Source: an uncultured delta proteobacterium (lineage in GTDB: Bacteria; Myxococcota_A; Polyangia; Fen-1088). From it: a stretch of 64,000 bases of DNA. Shown here one piece after another: positions 1-10,105 of the stretch. The stretch is taken from contig CAVTRY010000014.1 in NCBI GenBank assembly GCA_963737265.1, forward strand, positions 1-64,000, read 5' to 3'. The notes beneath the pieces are model-generated. The model saw only the letters and a program-made list of their open reading frames with translations, made no database searches and was not told where the DNA came from. The translations under genes were made by a program, and so were the position numbers. Within the stretch, counting starts at the first letter, position 1. The number at the start of each line of letters is the position of its first letter.

Positions 1-452
1 TGAGCGGAATTTTACATGTAGTTGCTGCCCGCAACTGAGTAGCGAATCGGATCAGAAGAGCACAACTGTTGTAACCAAGGCCATAGCGCTCAAAATCCCG
101 CTGGCCCGAGTCCTTTTCCACAGCCTTCCACTGAAATATTTCCCCATCCTGTGACCGACAACCTTTACCGAGAAATCCGGAAGGCGCAAGCCCGAGGGAT
201 GCACCAAAGTCCTCCAGCCCGTTTTCCGCCACCAGTCCCGTCAGCGCCTCCGAGCGTCGCATGGCTAAGTCCTTATTTAGAATACTTTATCTGTAACTCC
301 TTGCGGCCCAATATTTTGCACCGGATTCCCTATCCCATCGGCCGCAAACCATTAGCCATGAGCATTTTACAGAGAACGACAAAAAAAATATTGAAGGCAT
401 ATCCCGGACATGCACAAGCCCGAAGGGAAGCCATCGTTTACAATCCCGAATC

Positions 453-680
453 ATGTTCTACCGCTCCGATAACCGCTCACCCGACCAGCTCCGCCCCGTC
501 GTTCTCACGCCGGAATTCATCTCCACCGCGGAGGGTTCCGTACTGATTGCGGTGGGCAACACCCGCGTCATCTGCACCGCCTCGATCGAAGAAACTGTTC
601 CCTCATTCATGCGCAACTCGGGGAAGGGATGGATCTCCAGCGAATACAGCATGCTGCCGCGCGCCACCCTGACCCGCACG
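453..680 (+). pseudogene. rph: Ribonuclease PH, N-terminal ~76 aa only (truncated at apparent junction)
   Basis: [16 protein letters not shown]...[17 protein letters not shown]...[20 protein letters not shown] is the RNase PH N-terminus; homology stops abruptly at ~680. Confidence 0.85.
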
Positions 681-1100
681 AAACCGCCCGCTCCCGGCCT
701 TGGTGGACCAAAGGTCGCGGCGGTCCTCCCGGTCCCGTCGACGGTGGACCACCCGGGCGCGGCCCCGAGGGACCTGGCCCACCGGGACGTGGCCCGCTAA
801 AGCGGGGCGGTCCACCCGTGCACCACCGGGCCTGGGCGCGCCAGGCGCGGGCCTGGCTTGGGCCTCCTCGATGATAAGCGGCCGGCCCTGCACGAGCCTG
901 CCGCTAAGTTTCTCGATGGACTGCTTGGCGCCCTCATCGGTTTCGGTTTCGACGAAAGCGAAACCGCGTGGTCGCTGCGTGTCCCGGTCAAACGCAACGC
1001 GGACGCTGCGCACGATGATATTCTCGGAAAGGAAAACCTCTTTCAGTTCCTGCTCGTTGACGTTGTAGGAGAGGTTTCCTACGAAAAGGCGCGTTCCCAT
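681..1100 (-). CDS. RRM RNA-binding protein with Gly/Pro/Arg-rich tail (frameshift ~819; tail cut at junction)
   Basis: RNP2 LFVGNL and RNP1 RGFAFVE; the [14 protein letters not shown] tail continues in another frame after ~819. Confidence 0.85.
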
Positions 1101-1129
1101 GAACTGCTATCCTCGCTCCTGCTTTCCCG

Positions 1130-1417
1130 CTAACTGGTCGCCACGCCGTTGACTTTGTCGCGCAATTCCTTGCCGACCTTGAACGTGGGTGTCTTACGTG
1201 CGGCTATTTGGATGGTTTCACCCGTGCGGGGGTTGCGCCCGCTTCGCGCGGCTGATTCGCGAATTTGGAAAGCGCCGAATCCACGGATGTCGATTCGTTC
1301 GCCTTTGGCCAGGCCGTCGGCGACGGCGTCTAGCAGCGATTCAATAGTTTGCTCAACCTGCGGCTTGGGGAAGTTGAGCTTCTGGGCCACGAGATCCACG
1401 AGATCGGACTTCTTCAT
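1130..1417 (-). CDS. HU/IHF family DNA-binding protein
   Basis: IRGFGAF...GRNPRTGETIQIAARKTPTFKVGKELRDKVN signature. Confidence 0.95.
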   Translation of the reverse strand: MKKSDLVDLVAQKLNFPKPQVEQTIESLLDAVADGLAKGERIDIRGFGAFQIRESAARSGRNPRTGETIQIAARKTPTFKVGKELRDKVNGVATS

Positions 1418-1537
1418 CGGTTGCTTGTTCTCCTTCAGTAAACGCTATCGCGCAAGCAGCGCACGCCGCGCTTCTTGCTTTGGGGTGATGCGCCAGATAC
1501 CTGGCAAGATAGAGCGGCATCTTGGCCGCGGTCAAGT

Positions 1538-2470
1538 CTACCCCGAGAGATCGAGATCGCCCACGATTGCTCGCAATGAGCCGCGGTGCTGCACCAGAAG
1601 CTCTTTTGCGCGGGCTGCGTTAACCCTGGCGTGATGGATCACGAGGGCGACTTTTGCCCTGCCACCGGCTTTCTTAATGAGCTTTTCAGCTTCGGACTCG
1701 TCGAGATGGCACAGCTGCATTACCAAGCGAATCGCACGTTTCCAGGTGCGTGGGGTGGTCGGGCGGACGTCCACCATTAGTCCGCCGTAGGTCTTACCGA
1801 GCTGCACGAACGCGGCGGTCGAAAGCGCCGAAAGCGTGACCTTGATGGCGGTGGCGGCTTTCAAGCGTGTGGCGCCGGCGATGATTTCGGTCCCGGGCGA
1901 CAGTTGGATCAAGATGTCGGCGAGCGCGCCACCATCCTCGGCGGTGGGCGGCTCTGCGCACGAAACCAGCACGACACTCGCGTGCCGGAAGCGTGCGTAC
2001 TCGATGGCGGCGCGAAGAAAAATCGAAATCTCGCCGTCGGCGACCGCGCACACGACGTCGCCGGGACCCACGGCAACCTGGCGCATTCGCTGCTCGGCCT
2101 CGCGGCGGCTGTCCTGCGCGATTTCCACCGTGCGCGCCATGGCGTGCGGGCCGCCGGCCAACACCGACACGATGAGCGACGGTGGCAGCCCAAACAGGGG
2201 CACACACTCGGCGGCTTCAAGCGCGGCCAGCCTGCCCGCGGTTCCCACGCCCACGTAGACTAGCCGGCCGTTCGCCGCCAGGCGTTCGGCCAAAAGGAGC
2301 GCGGCCTGCGCGATCTCGGCGGAGCAAGCGCGCGCGGCCTTAATCGCCGCCACCTCTTCGTCCACGAGCAACCTCACGACTTCCTCGGCCGGATAGGTGT
2401 CCAGCATGGCGGCGCGCGCATTTTCGACGTCGCCCAAAGACTCGGCATCGGACAGGCCAGGTCGGGCCAT
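1538..2470 (-). CDS. MurQ-like (N-acetylmuramic acid 6-phosphate etherase/GKRP-like SIS) protein, degenerate motifs
   Basis: GRLVYVGVGTAGRL..LEAAEC, GTEIIAGATRLKAATA, GKTYGGLMVDV align to MurQ over full length; several conserved sites are altered. Confidence 0.8.
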   Translation of the reverse strand: MARPGLSDAESLGDVENARAAMLDTYPAEEVVRLLVDEEVAAIKAARACSAEIAQAALLLAERLAANGRLVYVGVGTAGRLAALEAAECVPLFGLPPSLIVSVLAGGPHAMARTVEIAQDSRREAEQRMRQVAVGPGDVVCAVADGEISIFLRAAIEYARFRHASVVLVSCAEPPTAEDGGALADILIQLSPGTEIIAGATRLKAATAIKVTLSALSTAAFVQLGKTYGGLMVDVRPTTPRTWKRAIRLVMQLCHLDESEAEKLIKKAGGRAKVALVIHHARVNAARAKELLVQHRGSLRAIVGDLDLSG

Positions 2471-2479
2471 GGTTGTCGA

Positions 2480-3283
2480 CTACTTTAGTCCCAGGACGTC
2501 GCGCATGTCGAAAAGGCCGGCCGGCTTCCCCGCCAGCCAAAGCGCGGCGCGAACCGCGCCGTGCGCGAAGGTGTCGCGCGAGGAGGCGCGATGGGTGATC
2601 TCGATTCGGTCGCCTTGGCCGAGGAAAAACACCGTGTGATCGCCGACGACATCGCCGCCCCGCAAGGTTTGAATGCCGATTTCCGCGGCGGTGCGCGGGC
2701 CGATGTCGCCGTGGCGCTCGTAGCGTGCCGTGCTCGCCAGGTTTCGCCCGCTTGCTCCGGCGACCGCCTCGGCCAACCGCAGGGCCGTGCCCGAGGGCGC
2801 GTCCCGCTTATCCCGGTGGTGGGTTTCGAGAATTTCGATGTCGTAGGCAGCACCGAGCGTGCGCGCCGCATCGGCCACGAGCTTCAGCATCACGTTCACG
2901 CCGACCGACATATTCGGCGTGAATACGACCGGAATGGTCTTGGCGACCGCCGCGATCTTCTCCTTATCGGCAGGCGAAAGCCCGGTGGTGCCGACCACGA
3001 TCGCGGCGCCGGCGGCTGCGGCGGCTTGCACATCGGCCACCGTTGCGGCGGGAGACGAAAAGTCGATCCAAACGTCGGCTGTGCCCTTGGCCGGACGTTG
3101 GTCGGTCACGCGTACCCCCCACGCTGGCAGCCCGGCCAGTTGCGCGATGTCGGCGGCAAGGTGTGGAAAGTCCGGACGCTCAACGGCGGCCGCCAGCACG
3201 GCGCCCTCGGCATTGGCGACGGCGCGCACGACGGCACGCCCCATTTTTCCTCCGGCTCCGAGAACAGCGATTCGCACGGCCAT
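2480..3283 (-). CDS. dapB: 4-hydroxy-tetrahydrodipicolinate reductase
   Basis: GAGGKMG, VGTTG, ETHHRDKRDAPSGTA, RGGDVVGDH motifs; ATG at 3283. Confidence 0.96.
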   Translation of the reverse strand: MAVRIAVLGAGGKMGRAVVRAVANAEGAVLAAAVERPDFPHLAADIAQLAGLPAWGVRVTDQRPAKGTADVWIDFSSPAATVADVQAAAAAGAAIVVGTTGLSPADKEKIAAVAKTIPVVFTPNMSVGVNVMLKLVADAARTLGAAYDIEILETHHRDKRDAPSGTALRLAEAVAGASGRNLASTARYERHGDIGPRTAAEIGIQTLRGGDVVGDHTVFFLGQGDRIEITHRASSRDTFAHGAVRAALWLAGKPAGLFDMRDVLGLK

Positions 3284-3291
3284 GGCGCAGC

Positions 3292-4164
3292 CTAGACCAG
3301 TTTCAGGTCGGCCAGAATCTTTCGCACCTTTTCGCGGTTGGCACCGGCCAGCGGATAAAGCGGCGGGCGGATCTCGTCCGCGATCTTGCCCATCATGGCC
3401 AGCGCTGCCTTGACCGGAATCGGATTCGCCTCGATGAAGAGACCCTCGGAAAGCGGAAACACTTTGTAGTGCAGCTCGCGCGCCTTGGTCCAGTTGCCAG
3501 CGGCGGCGGCGTCCCACATGGCCGCCATATCGGCCGGCGCCACGTTCGAAACCACCGAGATGCAGCCCTGGCCGCCGATCGCGTACACGGGAAACGCCGT
3601 GGCGTCGTCGCCCGACAGGACCGCAATGCGATCGCCAACCCGTGCGATGATCTGCGCTGCTCGTTGCAGGTTGCCGGTTGCTTCCTTCACCCCTACCATG
3701 AGCGGCAACTCGCACAGGCGAGCCACGGTTTCGGGCAGAAGATCGCAGCCCGTGCGTCCCGGCACGTTGTACACGATCATGGGCAGCGCAACCGCATCGA
3801 CCACGGCCTTGAAGTGCCGGAAAAGCCCGTCCTGCGTCGGTTTGTTGTAATACGGCGTGACTTGCAAGGTGCCGTCGGCGCCCACGGTCTTGGCCGCGGC
3901 GGTCAGCTCGATCGCCTCGCGGGTCGAATTGGCGCCGCTCCCGGCGATGACCGGGACGCGCTTGCGAGCTTCTTGCACCACGATCTCGATGACCCGAATG
4001 TGCTCGTCGTTGGTCAGGGTGGGCGACTCGCCCGTGGTTCCCACGGGCACGAGTCCGTCGATGCCGGCGCGGATCTGCTCGTCGACCAAGCGGCGCAGGG
4101 CCTCCTCGTCGAGGCGATCATTGCGAAGCGGCGTTACCAGCGCGGTGATAGCTCCTTTGAACAT
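3292..4164 (-). CDS. dapA: 4-hydroxy-tetrahydrodipicolinate synthase
   Basis: GTTGES, PYYNKP, YNVPGRT, GVKEA, NPIPVK motifs. Confidence 0.97.
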   Translation of the reverse strand: MFKGAITALVTPLRNDRLDEEALRRLVDEQIRAGIDGLVPVGTTGESPTLTNDEHIRVIEIVVQEARKRVPVIAGSGANSTREAIELTAAAKTVGADGTLQVTPYYNKPTQDGLFRHFKAVVDAVALPMIVYNVPGRTGCDLLPETVARLCELPLMVGVKEATGNLQRAAQIIARVGDRIAVLSGDDATAFPVYAIGGQGCISVVSNVAPADMAAMWDAAAAGNWTKARELHYKVFPLSEGLFIEANPIPVKAALAMMGKIADEIRPPLYPLAGANREKVRKILADLKLV

Positions 4165-4275
4165 GATCGACCAAACCTAGCACGACTGGCGCGCCTTTCG
4201 TCTATTTCGGTCGCTGGCGAACGAGCGTGGTTGTGACGGGCGAATTCGCGGCGCTGGTCGCATAATGCGCTTCGC

Positions 4276-5958
4276 ATGCCCGCCCGACTCTTACCGGTTC
4301 TTATTCTCGCCTTCGCGTCGCTGTCTGAGGCGGCGCCCGAACTATCTTCGCCCAAAACGTCGTCGTCCATCACCATCTCGATTGTCGGCACGAGCGATTT
4401 GCATGGCCACGTCGCCGCGCTGCCGTGGCTCGGCGGCTATCTCAAGAATTTGCGAGCCGAGCGGGCGCGCTCGGGCGGAGCCGTGATCTTGCTCGATGCT
4501 GGCGACATGTTCCAAGGCACGCTGGAATCGAATCTGGAAGAAGGCGCACCCGTGGTTCGCGCCTACAATGCCCTCGGTTACAGCGCCGTCGCGATAGGCA
4601 ACCACGAATTCGACTTTGGTCCGGCCGGGCCGGCGCCATCGCCGGTCAAGCCCGGCGACGATCCGCGCGGCGCTCTCAAGGCACGCGCGGCCCAAGCGCA
4701 GTTTCCCTTTTTAGCCGCCAACATCGTGGACAAGGCGACGGGCAGGCCGGTGGCTTGGCCCAACGTCAGACCGTCGACGGTCATCAAGGTCGCGGGCATC
4801 CAGGTCGGCATCGTCGGCGTGGTCACGACGGCGACCCCGCGCACGGCCTTGCCAGCGAATGTCGCCGGGCTCGCCTTCTTGCCGCTTGAACCGACCATCG
4901 CGCGCGAGGCACGCAGGTTGCGCCAGCGCGGCGCGCGGATCGTGATCGTCGTGTCTCACGAGGGTGGCGCTTGCCGCTCCTTCGCCGATCCCGACCAGCT
5001 CGATTCGTGCGACGCCGCGAGCGAAATCTTTACCACCGTGCGCGCATTGCCCAAGGGCAGCGTCGATGCCGTGGTGGCCGGCCACACCCACCAGGCGGTT
5101 GCCCAGCGGGTGGCGTCGGTTCCCATCATCCAGGCCTATGCCAACGGTCGCGCCTTCGGACGCGTGGATTTGACCGTGGAGCGAGCCAGCGGAAAGGTAC
5201 TCGCATCGCATCTTGAGCCACCGCACGACATTTGCCCGGCAAGCACGCCCGAAAACTGCAAGCCAACCGACTACGAAGGTAGCAGCGTGCAGGCCGACAA
5301 AACGGTCGAGGAGCTGAATGCGCCCGCATTTATCCACGCCCGGCGCAAGGGCGAAGAAGATTTGGGCGTCAAGGTGCTGCATCCCTTGCCCCACAACCGC
5401 AAACAGGAAACCGCCCTCGGAAACTTGCTGGCAGATCTGATGCGCGCATCTCGCCCAGGCATCGACGTCGCCATGATCAACGGAGGCGGGATGCGTGTGG
5501 GACTGCCGGTCGGTCCTCTCACCTTCGGTCGCCTGTACGAAACCTTTCCGTTCGACAACGCCTTCGCCTCGCTGCGCCTGCCGGCGGGTGACTTTCGCCG
5601 CCTGCTCGGCCGCAGCTTGAGCCGCGCCGGCTCGCTGGTGTCGCTGTCAGGTCTGCGCGTGCGTGCGCGCTGCCAGGGCGCGACCTTGGACGTCGTGCTC
5701 GCTCGCTCGGATGGTTCGCCGGTGCGGGACGACGAGGTGCTCGCCATCGCGACGACCGACTTTCTGGCCACCGGCGGCGACGGGTTTTTCGCTGGCGTGA
5801 CCGCTCCATTCGAAATCGGACCGCCTCTGCGCGACGCTTTGGCCGAAGCCTTACGCGCGCGCGGCGGTGACCTCGACCCGGACGACCGCACGCTCTTCGA
5901 CCCCGCAAAGCCCCGCTTTGACCTGCCCGGCGAAGTGCCAGTCCAGTGTTCGCCATAG
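4276..5958 (+). CDS. Bifunctional metallophosphatase/5'-nucleotidase, secreted
   Basis: SDLHG, DAGD, GNHEFD, GHTH and C-terminal NGGGMR..PFDN motifs; signal peptide. Confidence 0.92.
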   Translation: MPARLLPVLILAFASLSEAAPELSSPKTSSSITISIVGTSDLHGHVAALPWLGGYLKNLRAERARSGGAVILLDAGDMFQGTLESNLEEGAPVVRAYNALGYSAVAIGNHEFDFGPAGPAPSPVKPGDDPRGALKARAAQAQFPFLAANIVDKATGRPVAWPNVRPSTVIKVAGIQVGIVGVVTTATPRTALPANVAGLAFLPLEPTIAREARRLRQRGARIVIVVSHEGGACRSFADPDQLDSCDAASEIFTTVRALPKGSVDAVVAGHTHQAVAQRVASVPIIQAYANGRAFGRVDLTVERASGKVLASHLEPPHDICPASTPENCKPTDYEGSSVQADKTVEELNAPAFIHARRKGEEDLGVKVLHPLPHNRKQETALGNLLADLMRASRPGIDVAMINGGGMRVGLPVGPLTFGRLYETFPFDNAFASLRLPAGDFRRLLGRSLSRAGSLVSLSGLRVRARCQGATLDVVLARSDGSPVRDDEVLAIATTDFLATGGDGFFAGVTAPFEIGPPLRDALAEALRARGGDLDPDDRTLFDPAKPRFDLPGEVPVQCSP

Positions 5959-5992
5959 CACCTCTCGTTCCTTGCAGTTGCGGCTGCCCCGG

Positions 5993-7216
5993 CTACTCTA
6001 CCGCGCTCTCCAGGCGGTCGGCCCGCCGCAGGGTCGGGAAGAAACGCAGCCACAGCAGCACCACGACCAAGGTGCCGACGCCGCCCAACACCGTGGCGGG
6101 CACGGTTCCGAACCAGGCCGCGGTGACGCCCGATTCAAACTCGCCGAGCTCGTTGGAAGCGCCGATGAACAGCATGTTGACTGCGCTGACCCGGCCGCGC
6201 ATGGCATCGGGCGTGGAAACCTGCACCAGGGTGCCGCGAACGATGACGCTGATCATGTCGGCGCCGCCCAGCACGACCAACAACGCCATCGAAAGCCAGA
6301 AGCTGCGCGAGAGCGCGAACGCGACGGTACACAGCCCGAACAGGGCGACGCAGAAGAACATGCGCCGGCCGGCGCGCCCGCGGATCGGGTGGTGCGCCAA
6401 CCACAGGGCCATGAGGGCCGCTCCGATGGCGGGCGAGCTGCGCAGGATGCCGAGGCCCCACGGGCCAGTGTGCAAGAGATCGCGCGCGAAGATGGGCAGA
6501 AGGGCGGTGGCGCCGCCGAACAAGACTGCGAAGAGATCGAGCGATATGGCGCCCAGGATGGCCCTTTTTGCGAACACGAAATGGACGCCTTCAAGCAGGC
6601 CGTCCCACCCGGCGGAGGAATTGTGGACCTTCCAGCGGCCGCGCATGCTTGTCATAAAGATGAAACCCAGCAGAAAGAGCGCGGTCGCGATGCCATACAC
6701 CAGCACGGGGCTAACCGCATAAAGAATCCCTCCCAGCGCCGGACCGGCGATGGTCGCAGTTTGAAACGCGGTGGAATTCCAGGCCACGGCGCGCGGAAAG
6801 TGCTCTGGCGGCACTAACAGAGGAAGCAGGGATCCATTTGCTGGCGACATGAAGGCGCGCCCAACGCCGATGAACGCCAGCGCCACAAAAATCCAGTGCG
6901 CCCGGGGGGACGGATAGAGCGCGAGCGCAAGCAGGGCCACACCCACGAGAATTTCGATGGCGAAGGCCCCGAGGATGATCCTGCGCCGATCGAAGCGATC
7001 CGCAGCCAGCCCTCCTGGCAGGGTGAGCAGAAAGGCAGGCAGAAACTGCGCCAGGCCGACCATGCCCAGGGCGAAGGCACTGTGCGTAAGCGCGTAGACT
7101 TGCCAGCCCACGGCCACGCTGAACATCATCACCGCCATCGCGGAACAGAAGCGCGCGACCAAAAAGAGAAAAACGTTGCGATCTCGGAGAACGGACGCGG
7201 CATCGTCGGTGACCAT
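5993..7216 (-). CDS. MFS transporter
   Basis: ~12 hydrophobic segments, motif A GLAADRFDRRR, TPDAMRGRV. Confidence 0.92.
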   Translation of the reverse strand: MVTDDAASVLRDRNVFLFLVARFCSAMAVMMFSVAVGWQVYALTHSAFALGMVGLAQFLPAFLLTLPGGLAADRFDRRRIILGAFAIEILVGVALLALALYPSPRAHWIFVALAFIGVGRAFMSPANGSLLPLLVPPEHFPRAVAWNSTAFQTATIAGPALGGILYAVSPVLVYGIATALFLLGFIFMTSMRGRWKVHNSSAGWDGLLEGVHFVFAKRAILGAISLDLFAVLFGGATALLPIFARDLLHTGPWGLGILRSSPAIGAALMALWLAHHPIRGRAGRRMFFCVALFGLCTVAFALSRSFWLSMALLVVLGGADMISVIVRGTLVQVSTPDAMRGRVSAVNMLFIGASNELGEFESGVTAAWFGTVPATVLGGVGTLVVVLLWLRFFPTLRRADRLESAVE

Positions 7217-7345
7217 GGAATTGCTTTGCACCGAGAACTACCGCGCTTTCGCCTGCCGCGCGAGCGCCAACGGAGTCTTTCTCGCTGACAGGTTTATGAC
7301 CCAACCATGGTTTGGCTTTGCTAGCTCGCGGCTCATACCTAGTAG

Positions 7346-8254
7346 GTGGACATCTCAAGCATTCGCGCTTCCCGGTCGGGTTCCGCGGCACCGCGGACCT
7401 GGCGCTCCTACGTCAGAGCGACCACCTTTCTCTTCGCCGTGGTTCACCTGACCGCCCTGGCCGGCGTGCTTTTCTGCGGATGGTCGTGGAGCGGCTTCGC
7501 CCTGGCGGTCGGCGTCTACTACATTCGCATGGTCGTGGTGACGGCGGGTTACCATCGCTATTTTTCCCATCGCGCCTTCAGCACCTCGCGCGCCTTTCAG
7601 TTTCTGCTCGCCGTCGGTGCGCAGAGCGCAGCTCAGCGGGGCGTGCTGTGGTGGGCGAGCCACCACCGCTGGCACCACAAATACTCCGACACCGAGAAGG
7701 ACGTGCATTCGGCCAAGCTGCGCGGGTTCTGGTATTCGCACATGGGATGGTTGTTTACCGATGCGTGGAGCAAGACGGATCCCAAGCTGGTGCCCGATCT
7801 GCACAAGATCCCGGAGCTTCGCTGGCTCAACCGGGATGGCAATGTGCTGCTGCCCACCTTCGTGCTTGGGCTGGCCTTTCTGCTGCTGGGCGGAGTCCAC
7901 GGCTTGGTTTGGGGATTTATGGTCTCCACCGTGATGCTCTGGCACGGCTCGTTCGCCATCAACTCGTTCACCCACTTGTTCGGACGGCGGCGCTACGCCA
8001 CGTCCGACGATTCCCGCAACAACTGGATTCTGGCCATCCTCACCACCGGCGAGGGCTGGCACAACAACCACCACCACTATCCAAGCTCGGCGAGCCAGGG
8101 CTTCTTCTGGTGGGAAATCGACCTGACCTACTACGTCCTGCGCGGCCTTGAGCTGCTCGGCGTAATTTGGGATCTCCGCCGCGCGCCCGCCAACGTTCTC
8201 GCGGGCCCTTTGGTTGCCGACACCATGCAAGAAACGACCGACAACGCCGCCTAG
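7346..8254 (+). CDS. Acyl-CoA (delta-9-type) fatty acid desaturase
   Basis: His boxes HRYFSH, HRWHH, GEGWHNNHH. Confidence 0.95.
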   Translation: MDISSIRASRSGSAAPRTWRSYVRATTFLFAVVHLTALAGVLFCGWSWSGFALAVGVYYIRMVVVTAGYHRYFSHRAFSTSRAFQFLLAVGAQSAAQRGVLWWASHHRWHHKYSDTEKDVHSAKLRGFWYSHMGWLFTDAWSKTDPKLVPDLHKIPELRWLNRDGNVLLPTFVLGLAFLLLGGVHGLVWGFMVSTVMLWHGSFAINSFTHLFGRRRYATSDDSRNNWILAILTTGEGWHNNHHHYPSSASQGFFWWEIDLTYYVLRGLELLGVIWDLRRAPANVLAGPLVADTMQETTDNAA

Positions 8255-8326
8255 GTCGTTCTATCTTTTGATTTCTTGGACCTCTTGCGAGGCGATGGAC
8301 GCGGATATCTGCCAGAATAGCGGGTC

Positions 8327-9253
8327 TTGCGACTCCGCTCTCCCACCACGCGATTGCTAAACCGGGCGCGCCTCATCTTCACGCTGACGGCGCTGATTCC
8401 CACCGTGCTGATGACCGTCATCGCGATCGTCCTGCTCACCACCGGCGGCTCGAAGTCGATGGCCGTGGTGGGCGGCATCCTGGTGCTGTCCTTTTGCGCG
8501 ATGGCGCTTACCGGATACATCATCGGCACCATCTTCGTCACGCGCGGCGCGAGCCTGGCGGCGGTTCAGAACGAATTTCTGTCCTCGGTGTCGCACGAGC
8601 TGCGCACGCCTCTGACGTCGATTCGGATCTTCATCGACACGCTTCGCGAGGGCCGTGTCCACGATGAGGAGGAACAGCAGCGCTGCCTCGCTGTCATCAA
8701 CCAAGAGCTCGGTCGCTTGGACGGTCTGGTGGGCCGCCTCATCGAGCTGTCCAAGATCGAGCATCGCCACGCCGTGTTCGATCGGCGCGCGGTGACGGTG
8801 GCCGACATCGTGGCCGACGCGCTGGCCTCGTTCGAGGCGATCAAGTTCGGCAGCGACGTCGACCTGCGGGTCGAGCTGGAGCCGAATCTAACTGTCCTCG
8901 GCGACCGGGCGGCGCTGGCGCAGGCGGTGGGAAATTTGCTTGGCAACGCATGGAAGTACACCCCGGCGCAGGGAAAGAAGATCGACATCGTCGCGGTGGC
9001 GGATACCAAGCATGTTAGCATCGCCGTCACCGACAATGGCGACGGCATTCCCCGCCCCGAACAGGAAGCAATCTTCGAAAAGTTTCGCCGCGGATCCGCG
9101 GCCAAGAATCGCGGCAGCTTCGGCTCCGGCCTGGGCCTGGCCATCGTGCGCGCCATCGTCGACGCCCACCACGGCAAGGTCGACGTGAAATCGGACGGCA
9201 GCCACGGCGCGCGCTTCCGCATCCTTCTTCCTCGCTGCGAGCCGATCCCATGA
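8327..9253 (+). CDS. Sensor histidine kinase with two TM helices and no periplasmic domain
   Basis: SHELRTPL H-box, NLLGNAWKY, DNGDGI, GSGLGL. Confidence 0.93.
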   Translation: MRLRSPTTRLLNRARLIFTLTALIPTVLMTVIAIVLLTTGGSKSMAVVGGILVLSFCAMALTGYIIGTIFVTRGASLAAVQNEFLSSVSHELRTPLTSIRIFIDTLREGRVHDEEEQQRCLAVINQELGRLDGLVGRLIELSKIEHRHAVFDRRAVTVADIVADALASFEAIKFGSDVDLRVELEPNLTVLGDRAALAQAVGNLLGNAWKYTPAQGKKIDIVAVADTKHVSIAVTDNGDGIPRPEQEAIFEKFRRGSAAKNRGSFGSGLGLAIVRAIVDAHHGKVDVKSDGSHGARFRILLPRCEPIP

Positions 9254-10005
9254 ACGAGATGGCAACGCCCGGCCCCTTGGTGGCCATCGTCGAGGACGAC
9301 GCCGCGATCGCGGAAGGTCTGGCGCTCAATCTCAAGCTGCAGCGGTACCGAACCGAGGTCGCCGGCGACGGCGAAAGTGCATACAGCCTCATCTTGACCC
9401 ATGTGCCGGATCTCGTTCTGCTCGATATTTCGCTGCCCAAGCAAAGCGGGCTGTGGGTGCTCGAACGCCTGCGTGAAGGCGACAATCACGTCCCGGTCAT
9501 CGTGCTGTCGGCGCGCCAGGATGAATTCGACAAGGTGGCGGCGCTTCAGCTGGGCGCCGACGACTACGTCACCAAGCCCTTCGCGCTCGCCGAGCTCTTG
9601 GCGCGGGTCGCGGCCGTGCTTCGCCGCGCGCGCCTGGGGGCGCGGTCGAGCGATGCCGCGGCCGAGCCGAAAAGCGGCGAGACGCCTACCGTGGAGCCAG
9701 AACAGGTGCTTCGTTTCGGCGACGTCACGGTCGATCTAGGTACGCGCGCCGTGACCCGCGGGAGCAAGCCCGTGCGCCTGACCCATCTAGAATTCGAGCT
9801 GCTCAGCTTCCTCTGCCGGAGCGTGCGTCGGGTCTACACGCGCGAACAACTCCTGCGCGAGGTGTGGGGGCTGCGCCAGGCCGGCCAGGTGCGCACGGTG
9901 GACAACTTCGTGGCCCAGCTGCGCGCCAAGCTGGAAGACGATCCCGAACGACCGCGCCACCTCCTCACCGTGCGCGGCAGCGGCTACCGCTTCGTCCCCG
10001 AGTGA
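9250..10005 (+). CDS. OmpR-family response regulator
   Basis: Receiver (VEDD, LLDI, GADDYVTKPF) plus winged helix (RTVDNFVAQLRAKLE, TVRGSGYRF); ATGA overlap with the kinase. Confidence 0.95.
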   Translation: MNEMATPGPLVAIVEDDAAIAEGLALNLKLQRYRTEVAGDGESAYSLILTHVPDLVLLDISLPKQSGLWVLERLREGDNHVPVIVLSARQDEFDKVAALQLGADDYVTKPFALAELLARVAAVLRRARLGARSSDAAAEPKSGETPTVEPEQVLRFGDVTVDLGTRAVTRGSKPVRLTHLEFELLSFLCRSVRRVYTREQLLREVWGLRQAGQVRTVDNFVAQLRAKLEDDPERPRHLLTVRGSGYRFVPE

Positions 10006-10105
10006 CCTGACGAAGGAACCCAGATAGGAGAGGATCAAATGCGGCGACCCGCCGGCTATTTTCGGTTGCGTCCCAAATCATGGCGCGGTATAGGATGAGA
10101 CGCAA

